A stretch of DNA of 64,000 nucleotides from Blastocladiella emersonii ATCC 22665 (lineage: Eukaryota > Fungi > Blastocladiomycota), in contig JANHCV010000014.1 of the NCBI GenBank assembly GCA_025594325.1, forward strand, positions 248,001-312,000, read 5' to 3'. Numbering within the stretch: the stretch's first letter is position 1; each line of letters opens with the position of its first letter. The notes beneath the pieces are model-generated. The model did not search any database and had not been told where the DNA came from. It saw nothing but the letters and a program-made list of their open reading frames with translations. The translations under genes were made by a program, and so were the position numbers. Of the stretch, positions 45,122 to 55,467 are shown piece after piece.

Positions 45122-47692
45122 TCACTCTTGACCGAGGTGCTTGTCGCAGAGCGGGGCGGCAAGTTCAGGAACACCGAGGTGTGCGCACTCTTCATAGACC
45201 AGCCCACGGAACTCGTGCGACCATTCGAGTTCGCTCACGGCGGCAAAGACCTTCGCAATGAACTGCTCGCGCGCATCGGCATCGAGTTGGCCAGGCTTGG
45301 TGAGCTTTAGTCCCACCACGTGAGCAAGCAGCTCAGGCACCTGGAGCTCTTCAAGCGCGTCGCGAGGAGGCATGTCCGAAAGTGGGACATGCTCGGAAGA
45401 CCCGAGGACGATGAGCTCCCGCATGATGAACCAGGAAATGGTCCAGGTCAACTTGTCCAAGAGCCACATGGCGTCGGTACCAGGTCCGCCCGCCGTTTCG
45501 GCGCAAAAAAGCGCGTAAGTCTCGGTGATCGCCTGCTTGGAGGCGAGCTGAGCGCACGCCTCGCGCGGAAGATTGTACGGCGTGAGCGAGAATCCTTCGA
45601 CCTTGGTGAACATTGAGTCAACGGCATACTGCCACGGCTTCCAGGCCGAGTTGGGCAAGTCGGCGGGCGGAGGCCGCGGATGGGTCAAAAGCGCGCGAGG
45701 CTGGATGGATAAGAATGAGCCCGTTTCGATCAAGGATGCGGTGGCGACGCTACTTTCAAAATCTGCGAGAGTGAGGTGCTCGAACAAGGTGACTATGTAC
45801 GCGTCCACGTTTCAGTGATTGAGAGCAGCTGCGCTACGGACTTCGGGCGCGAGCAGCAAGTGTACGTGCCAGTGCGCAAACGGAGTGTCGAGACGCGAAT
45901 GGAGTTGCGCAAGAAAGGCTCGCGTGTCAGCTGCAGTCGACGGATCACTGAGCAAAGCGACAAGGAGCGGGCCCATGTGCGCTGCAACGGCCGGATCAGC
46001 AACGACGTCTTTGTTGAAAGCGTTATTGCACACGAGTTTGTTGTAGTCCTGTAGGAGTTGAAGGGGATGGACGTACGCGCACATCACTGCAAGCATGTCG
46101 CGAATCAGACCCTTGCTGGCTAGCGCGGAGAATGAAATCGAATCAAAGATCATGGCGGAGGAGCCGCAAGCCAGGGACAGCTCGACGAGCGCCTTGAGCT
46201 CCAATAACGTCGCTCGCGCGTCCCGCTCAAGGGCAACCTGAGGCGAAGTCGCCCACGCATGGCGCCTCGCGTTGAACAGCGTCCTGCCGGGCAAGGTGCA
46301 CGTGGCGAGGACGATGTGCGCAGCTATTCACAACGGGGCTCGCAGTGCGTCAGTTTGGGGGAAAGCCACCATGCGGTTAGTGGCGGACGTACCCGCAAGA
46401 AATACCTTTGGCCGAATCGTAAGGGGCAAAGTGCGCAAAAGATCGCCCAGATGCTCTGAGCCGGTGCGCAGGAGTCCAAGGAGTAGACCGGCACAACACT
46501 CGTGCTCGACGCAACGGAGTTGAATGAGATCGAACACGATCGAGGCATGTTCGCCAAGCCGGCCCTCCATGATCAGCGCGTCAAAGCCGGTGCCGCGCTC
46601 GGATAAGACTCGAGCTGCAAGCGAAGAAAGGAAGTTCGCGGATCTTCCTGCAAAAGCTTCCACGTTCTTCCGGTGATAGCGGCGGACAAGCTCCAAGGCG
46701 GTCGAAGCGCCGCAAGTCTCGAAAAATTCAGAGGCAGGTGAGTTTCTGGGCCTATCCACGTTCTGGACAACGATCCAGTCCAGCGTAGCCGTGACGAGAT
46801 CCATGGGAAGTGATGCGTGATACGCGCGAGCGACAAGGCGAATGTAGCCGTGATCGTCAAACGCAGCGCGGAACCGGGCGAGGTTGAGGCCGTGCTTGGG
46901 GTTTGCCAAGATGGAAAAGACCTCGGGCCGCCACCACCTCAGCGCACACAGCGCGAGGTATTCGATCAAGGTCGGGCAGTGCGCAAACTCAAGCTCGACG
47001 ACAGTCCGGAACGGATCATCGGCGAAAGCTTGGAGCATTTCTTTGACGGGCTCACGCCAGTCGAGATCAAACTTGACCCATAGCCTGAGAAAGTGTTGTT
47101 GGCGAAAGATGCGCTTGCTTGCGATCATGTCCAAGACGAGAGCAAGGAGTTCCGAATTACTGACGGCAACGAGGAATATGACGAGCTGGGACACCTCGGC
47201 GAGCGCCTGCAAACCTTCGTCGGTGCTAGATTTGAACTCAGCGGGCCGCTTTTTGAGCGAAGCCGGCAGCGAGGGTATGGTGCGAGAGACGAAATACTTG
47301 AGCGTGAAGGCGTCAAAGGCATCGCTGCCCGACGTCCAGCGGACGCCATCGCCATCGTGTTCACGCAGAGCCGCCGCAGCTTTTTCGTATTTGGCGAGAT
47401 GTTCGAGGTAGGGCGTAATCGGGATCCGATTGCCCAGTTTCCTGCGCAAGATGCAGCCCTCGTCACCACCGTCGACGCCGTGAACTTTGCGCCGGAGTAT
47501 CGCGTCAAGCCTCCAGATCATGCTCGTACACGGCTCCGAAACAATTGAAAGGAGCTCCCGAGAAGCAAGCGGGACGGCCGAGCGAGGAGCAGCGAGGCGG
47601 ACGACCTGCATCATAAGCTCGGTTGGAAGGTTCGCAAGTGTCAAATGCTGGCTCGCCGATTCATTGCATGTAGTCTTTTCATCTGTTTCCAT
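45122..47692 (-). pseudogene. F-box-like protein family B copy 2 (intron 46324-46392; in-frame TGA 45812-45814)
   Basis: LTLANLPTELMMQVVRLAAPRSAVPLASREL; WWRPE; the intron is at a position similar to copy 1. The single TGA aligns to Trp in the paralog (ALNH*NVDA versus ALKAGWNVDA). Confidence 0.7.
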
Positions 47693-49318
47693 GGTGTCGT
47701 CGCAAGGGGTGGTCCGAGAGCGAGCATCGAACGCCTCGACGTTTAAAATCGCCGCTGCCCGCGCACGTGATGTCTCGCGCATTTGTCTCACGCGGCGCGA
47801 GCGAGCAACGCCGACAGACTCGATTGGAACGCAATGGGGAAAAGAACAATTTATAACAATAAAACATCAATAATGCGGGGCCAGGAGGCTCGTCAAAGAA
47901 CCTGGCCGCGAGGTGAGGGGCACCGCGATACCTGCTCTTGTTCTGAAGTCTTTCGCGGAACTCGGCAGACTCCGCAAGCTCTCCAGCGGCACCCCGAATC
48001 TCAGCAAGTAGCTCGTCACGGCTCGCGTCGTCAATCTTGGGCGTGAGGGGCAACTTGAACAAGATCCCACTCACGATGCTGAGCGGCCACTCGGGCGAGT
48101 ACCGATTGGCAAGCACGCTGCGCGGGAGCACGGCCCAGACCGGAAACGGGTCCTAATGCGAGAGAGACATCATGTAGTTCATGGTGATGTAAGGCTCAAC
48201 GGAGCACAGAAAGTGGACAAGCCTGACGTCGCGGGAGGCGGGACTGTCCGTCCCGCTCGCGACCTCGGCACGCCAAAGCGGGTACGTTTTGGAAAGGGCC
48301 TTTCTCGAAAGGAAGACAGGGAACATCCAGCTAGGGACGTTGTTCTCTGTCAGCTTGAACTCGGGGATCTTGGTGAGCACGGAGTGGACGGCGTACTGCC
48401 ACGGCTGCCTGTTCGGATCAGGGAGGTCTGAAGGAGGCGGCCGCGGGATCAAAGAGACGGTACGACGGCAAGCAACGAGACTGCAAAGCAGACCGCGTTC
48501 TGCAAGGTCGGCATATGTGAGGTGCATGAGCTGCGAAGCCGCAAACGCATCCACGTTCCAGCCAGCTTTGAGAGCGACATCGTTGCGGACGTCAGGCATG
48601 AGAAGGGAGTGAATGTGCCAGTGCGCGCAAGGGACCCAGAAGGGGCGGCGAACTTGAGCAAGGAAAGCAAGCGTGTCATCAACAGTGGTTTGATCGCTAA
48701 GCGGCGCGGAAAGTAGCGGACCCATGTGAGCTGACACGCGAAGGTTGGGAGCCACCGCGAGATAAATGTTCCGTTTACAAACCAATTCGTGGTAGCACTG
48801 GAAGAGCTCCAACGGCGAGGTGAAGGCGCACATCACGGCGAGCATGTCGCCAATTGCATCCATTTTGGCCAGCGCGGCGAGCGAGACCAGGTCAAAGCTC
48901 ATGGCAGAACCGCCCCATGCGACGGAAAGGTCGATAAGCAACTTGAGCTCAAGCAGCGTCTCGCGGGTGCCACGCTCGATTGCAACAGGGCCCAACGATG
49001 ACCACCACGCGTGGCTCCTTGATTCAAAGCTGACAGGGCAGTCAGCATCAGCAGAAGACCTCAGGGAAAGGTGTGAGCGGAGTTGAGAACATATTTGGGC
49101 CGTCTGAGGATTGGGATGACCTCGGGCCGCCACCATTTGAGCGCGCACAAGGCAAGGTACTCGATGAGCGTTGAAGCGGGCCAAAGACAGCCCCGATTGA
49201 GGCTGTGAACGTGGTGAGTAAACGATGACATGATTCCGGTGCTGATGCTGCGGGCTCGTGGAACTCGAAGAACGTGAGCAGGAGGTTGATCGTTGCGCGC
49301 GGCGCGCCGTGGAAGCAC
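47679..49318 (-). pseudogene. F-box-like protein family B copy 3, 5'-truncated (in-frame TAG 48153-48155)
   Basis: IEYLALCALKWWRPEV, TLLELKLLIDLSVAWG, HMGPLL, QPWQYAV and AESAEFR match copies 1 and 2; the N-terminal part is missing. Confidence 0.7.
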
Positions 49319-49504
49319 CCGTTCCGCACCACTAACACAATCGAGTTCTTGGCCACGGCAAAGTCGGGGTTGGCGAGGAGGAGAGCGAGACCCCTTGATC
49401 TTGCCCCGCCGAGCCGCGACGCGACGCGACGCGCCGCCGAGCCCATGTCGGAGCGGCGGAAGAAGAAGCCGTAGCCGCCGACGTCGCTCGTGGCCGCGGA
49501 AGAA

Positions 49505-52500
49505 GCGCGTCGGCCGCTCGTCGTGTTCTGCGGCCTCATTGCGTCGAATCGCACTACACTCGGGCGAACCTTGGTCAGTATCCGTGGCAAGTCATCGAGC
49601 GAGAGAGCGGCTGGCTTGCCGCGTACCCACCCACCGTAGTGTCGCCCGCCACCCGAGCCTTGGCCGCCGTGCTGCGCGGCAAGCTTGCTATCGAGTAGTG
49701 GAAGCAGGCCGACGTGTGGAGGAAGAAGAGCTTGACGCGCGCGTCGCAGCAGCCTTGTTGACCACGAACGACGTCGTCGATGCTGCTCGCGAAACGGACG
49801 GTCGGCATTGTCAAATTGCCGCCGTTTTGACTCGAAGCACAATGAACCGGGCGTCAGCTCTACTAGCATAGCGCGGCGAGCGAGCAAGGCGTGAGTGATC
49901 GATCATCGGCTAATGAGCGGGGGTTGCAGCGACCGACCAGGAAAACACGTTCCATGCTGGACGACGACCTGCTGCGCCGCCGCCGACACGACCACGGCGA
50001 CGACTTGGACTCGAGCGTGCGCGCGCATAGCTCGGGGATGAGAGTCGTTGGTTCGTGTCGCGCGCGCTCCGAGCCTGATCATGTCGCGCGCGGGTCATGA
50101 ACCATAGTCGATGCCCTCCGCGGCCATGGCGACGGCGTGAGGCCACGGACACGTGCTGCTGGGCTGGACGATGGCGAACGCGAAGCGTGGCGAGGCGTCG
50201 AGGTTGCCGAAGCAGCAGATAGGCGACCACGAGGATGATGATCCGGACACGCTTGAGGAAGAGGAAGAGAGACGGTGGCGATACGATCGATCGGCAGCTC
50301 TCGTTGAGAGCGTGCATCGCCTGCTCGGAGGAACCGGGTTTGCGCGCGTCAGCCCGCCGCATTCGAAACCACTACGCGCAGAAGAGGCGGAGCGTACCGT
50401 CACGGAAACAAAGTCGTTGTCGTTGTGAAGCACCGCTGGTCGCGGTGGCGGCAGCGTCGAAGATGGAGGCGAGAACGGAGGCGAGAACGGGCGCGCGGAG
50501 GAAGAAGGACTCAAAGACGGTCGAGTTGGCTACACGGCGGATGCTGTCGCGCAGCTCGGTCAGTATGAGCCGCCGTGGGGATGGTCTCGTCTCGTCTTGT
50601 CTCGTCTCGTCTCGGCCACGCGTACCGATATCATCGAGTTGTCGTGTGATCCGCCCGCGGCCGCGGTTCTCCTTGATCTTGACCTCGTCTCGGTCGACGC
50701 GTACATGACTCGGAGCGGTGGTGGAGATGTAGCCGCCGAGGCCGTCCGTGTACGTGTACGTGTACGTGTACAAGGCGAGCAGCTGGCCGCGGACAAGCGA
50801 GCGACGACGCGACAGCTTGTTGTCGGACGCGGTACGGCGCGCGAACACGAGTCAGATCGATGCGGGCGAGGAGAGGTAGCGCGGCTTCCATCTACTAACG
50901 GTCGCGGAGAACAGGCGTCAGCGATCACAGGCTTGGGGCATGGGTATGATCGGAAGAAGGAAGAAGGTGACACGTTCCAGGTACGCTGCTCGAGTGCTGC
51001 TGAATGTCGGTCCACTCGTTGATGCCGTAGGTCGTTTTTGTCGTCTCGTGGATCGTGATGAGCTCGCAGTCGATCATCCCGTCGTTCATCTCGATCTCGT
51101 GTAGTTCGTGGCCGTCGCCTCTGCTGCGCGAAGCCGAGGTTGCTGACGATCACCGAGTCGTCGTAGCCCTTCTTGAGCTCGCGGCCGAGATGCGTGCCCG
51201 AGTGCATGCCGTAGGTGTTGGAGTAGTCGTAGTTGTCATCGTCGCGCGCCAACGGAGCCCCGGCCGTGCTCCGTTCGGGAGATTCCAGCCCTCTAGGCTC
51301 GAGCGACGCGTCAGTTTCCCGTGACGACGCGGCGGCAGGAGATCGGTAGCGTACCTTTGGTGTCGTACGACCGCCAAGCTGGCGCGGCGGCGGCGGCGGC
51401 GGACACAAACACGGCAATGTCGGCGGGGCGCGGATGATGATGATCTGGATCGACTTGGAGCGCTGACGAAGCGAGGCGGGATCACGACGCGGACGCACGC
51501 GATGGGCCATGGACATGGCGGCGGCACCGGAAGCATTCGCCGCGAGAGAGTGGCCAGTCAGACTGTCGCGCGCGAGTACTTGGTCGAGGCCCACACGATG
51601 AACTTCTAGCGCAAAGCGCAGAGCGCAGGGCGAGCGAGCAGTGTGTGAGTGGTCGGTCATGTTCGCACGAGTGAGAGATCCAGCGCGACACGTCCCAGGT
51701 TGACGTTGACCTCCGACCCCACCGCGTGACGCTCGCCGCCGACTTGAGCTGGCCATTCGCGTTGCGTCGCGGCGCGGCGCGTCGCGTCGTGTTGTGGCTG
51801 GCCGGAGCTTGGTGGTCGACGCGCGTGCGTTTTTGTCGCGAAAGTCGATGAAGTCGATGAAGTCGACTCGTAGAAGCCGAGGCGCTGTTGGTGAGAGCAC
51901 CGTGTTGAGCGTGAGCTTGGCCATGGACCGCAGTTGATGATCGAGACGGTCTGGCGGCGGCCGTTGCATTTCTGGAACGACCGACGTCGGGGCGCCCTGC
52001 AGCGTCTTGAGGTCGTCGCAGAGGGGGAAGTTGAGCTTCGACAAGGGCAACGACGAGTACGTGAGGCTCAGCCGGCGCCGCGCGTAGTATTGGTCGGCGA
52101 AAAGTCGTGTGGTGTCGTACTCGCCCTAGCTCAGAGCGACGCGTCAGTCACGATTCTGTGGGTGGCAGCGAGCACTTTGTGCGTACCTTAAGCTACCCCG
52201 CGGCTCGGCTTGAACTCGGTGCGCGTGGTCTCGGGGATGGACGACGACAATGGCCAGCTTGGACTGCTGCTCCTTGCCGTCCGACCCGCGGCTTGAGCGA
52301 GTCATCATGACCACGACCATGGCCATCATGGCCGCGCGCTCGATCTCGACCAGCGAGCGAGTCCTCGAACCAGTGTGTGCGTGTTGAGCTTCTCGATGAG
52401 CGCGAGCCGGCCCACGCCCGATGCTGCTGCTGCTGCTGGCCTTGAACGCGCGCGTGCTGGTTCTCGGGTCGTCGTGTGTTGCCGAGGAGCACGAGTCGCC

Positions 52501-53902
52501 GGAATCGAGAGTCACGGCGAGGATCTGGTGTGAAGTGCAGCAGCGACAGCAAGATGTGAGTGGTCATTGGTGATACCTTTCGTGGCGACCGACGACGAAG
52601 CGACGACACGTACCATCCATGCAGGCGCAATGTACACCGCCCGCCATCTTGGACTTGAGCGCCGCACGGTCGGTCGAGCTTCGAGCGTCGAGCGCCAATG
52701 CCGTACGTTGAACGTGAGCGTCGTGCGTCTAGCGCGGCCGACTTGAGGCGTTGTTGTAGCGTATTGCCGTAGTAGTAGTCGAGCGACTTGGTCCCTCGAA
52801 CTTGCGCGCGCGGCCCCCGCCGCAGGCAGCCGCGCAACGGTTACTACAAGATCGGACGTGGGTGAGCAATGAGGGCATGGCGACCACTACGAGACCATGA
52901 AAACTCGTACCGTCGCTCTGCTTGAGGCAACGGTCGAGAGGAAGCGGCCGTGCTGCGAGAACTGGGCGAGAAACACGAGGAGCAGTTAATGGTCGCGGAC
53001 CAGCCCGCCGTCGCCCCCGCCGCCGCCAGTACAGCCGGTCGAGTGCGAGCTTGAAGTCGTCGCTGCTGCGCGGAAGCCGCCGACCCAGGTCAGTGACAAG
53101 CCGAGCGACGGGTGTCGTGAAAACGCGCGTACCGTCACCGAGTCGTTGCTGCCGCAGTGGGATCCACGCGATCCACGTCGAACTTGACCTGCATCTTGAC
53201 GCATCGATCACCGACGGCGACGCGTTTCGATGAGAGCGCCACGAGTCGGAGCACGTACCAGCCGGACGTTGAGGGGGAGGAGCGTGGATGCCTGCCTGGA
53301 ACGACGTGCGCCGCGTCAGCAGAAGCCGCGAAGCGTGTTCTTGGCGTACCAGATGTAGCAAAGGTGCCGCCGAACATGACCGAGGGCACGCGGAGGCGAA
53401 AAGTGGGATGCTGAGGGCTCGTGGCGATGTTCGGTCGGTTTACACGGGTGGATGCGCGGGTCAGCATCGACGACGACCTGCGGAATCGACCGTCTCCGTA
53501 CCGGACATGATCGGAGCGGATGGTGCTGCACGGCGTTGCGAAAGGAGTGCCGCCACCCCGTGTGTCATGTGCGACGAGCGGTAGTGGTACACGGAGCTCT
53601 GGACGGTGACCGGCCGCGTCGATCGAGCGGCCTGCTCGCGCGCGTCGACACGCGTATACTCGGGCGCGGGCCGCGAGCACGACGAGTAGTCGCAGGTAGT
53701 GTTGCAGGGACACGCGTGCGGAAGAGGAAGGGTTGATGGCATTGCAAGGAGTCGACGGGTTGTGACGAGAGAACAAGTTTTCCGACGCGTCGGTGCGACG
53801 CGTTTCCGGATACAACGCGCGGGTGGCGCGTCTCGCCGACGCGTCTCCGGTGGCTCCGAGACAAATTCGCGCGCGCACCTGGCCCCCGGTGACCGCGAAG
53901 CG
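49505..53902 (-). repeat. Inverted repeat 2, right identical core (B)
   Basis: Reverse complement of 26524-30921 (coordinate sum 80426). Confidence 0.97.
50096..53206 (-). pseudogene. Identical second copy of the degraded GH-like gene
   Basis: Mirror of 27220-30330 inside the IR2 arm. Confidence 0.3.
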
Positions 53903-55467
53903 CAGCGATTTTCGTTTCGCGTCCACACGAAAACCAATTATCGAGACCATATCAAGTCGCTTGCGTTGGTGCGTGAGCTCTGCGCCTGCACCTGCACCAG
54001 CGTTGCGACAGCTCTCCCAAGCTTCTGCGTCCCAACTCGAGCGCATTGCGCCACAGCCGCATGGCACGCGCCATGGCGTCACCACGACTCTCACCCACGT
54101 TCACGATGGCGGCCGTCCCGCCCTCCCCTCTCTCCTCACCGGCGCGTTCACAGGCGTCTTGCGGTATCATGGACCGCAGTAAACTGGCGCGACTGCCCGC
54201 GACGGCGGTCCCGAGGCCGCTCCGACAGGCTGCGACCCTCGGCGCGCCCGGGAGCCGCCTTGCCGGTCCAGGCGGGCGTAGCGGACCCAATCGGCACCTT
54301 TGAGACAGCCAGATGTTCTCTGAGACGCGCCGACACGGTCACACGAGGAGATCCGGCTTCGGGTGCATGCCGCGGCCGTGCTCCAACATGGCCAACGCGC
54401 TCTCAGCCCTCGCATGGCAGATCTGTTCGCATCCACATCACATTTTCATCGTCGTCATGGTGCTCATGACCGAGTCCGGCGGCCCGAGCCGTGTCGCTGC
54501 AACACGTCTGTCTTGGCCTGCCGAGGGCCACTCACCTCGCGACCGCACCGCGCCGCCTGTCGGTCGGTAGAGGATCGCCTTACATATTGCTGCATGAGAT
54601 CGACGAGAAGACCTTGAACCATGAACTAGCGAGCGCTGCAACTGCTCCTCGATGTTCGAGGACGCGTTTCGATGCAACGCGCAGGCCCTTGCCGCGTCCC
54701 CCCGTGTGAGCCCCGCGAACACCGACCGACCGCGTCAGCTCACGCGATCCTCGCACTTCTACTTCTTCAGCCGGTCATCGACCATGCCTGAGCGTCGCTC
54801 GATACGAGTCCTATGGATGGACTCTGTGGTGTGAGGTGCCGCATCGCCACGAACACCGAGTCGAGCCGGCCGCCGCCGCTCTCTCCCTCTGACACCGCTC
54901 CGCCGCTCCGCCGCGAACGCATCGAATGGAAACCGGCAAAGACTTGCTGCATTCTGTCTCCCGGGTGTCCTTCATGCTCTCGTTACCACGGACCGGCTGG
55001 ATTCGGCGCTGCCGGCGCTGTGTGTGTCGCACGGCCGCACTCGGCTGCGCCTGAGCTCCGCGACGTCGATCGTTACACACACCGTGGCGGCAGGTCCTCG
55101 CACATCTGTGCGCCACGGTTTGAGGTCTGGATCGCCTTCGCGGCCGTCGTCCTGCGCTTGCACGCATGAGAGCCGAGGTCCCGCTCGTTCGCGTCACTGT
55201 GTCGGTCTGGCACATGGGCTTCATCAGTCCACTGGTACCTCGCGTGTGGACCGAGATACGCCCTTGAACCTTAATACGACGCGTCGGCGGCGCGAATGAA
55301 CTGCGCGAGACGTTCCTGCGAGACCTCCCGTGCCTGCCACTCGCGCCGCTCCGCGCGTATTCCGCCGACCTTCCACCAGCACCCCTGCTTCCACATCGGC
55401 CTGCTCTGTGTGAACGTCGGAGGGTTGACTATTGCGTACATTCATCCCCACCCTCCCTCCTCCTTCC

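Noticed and set aside
10428-48155. Alternative genetic code (TGA or TAG reassigned)
   Set aside because: TGA ends PUB1, MATH-BTB and family C copy 2, and TAG ends the 34860 and 37493 frames. The internal stops align to different residues.
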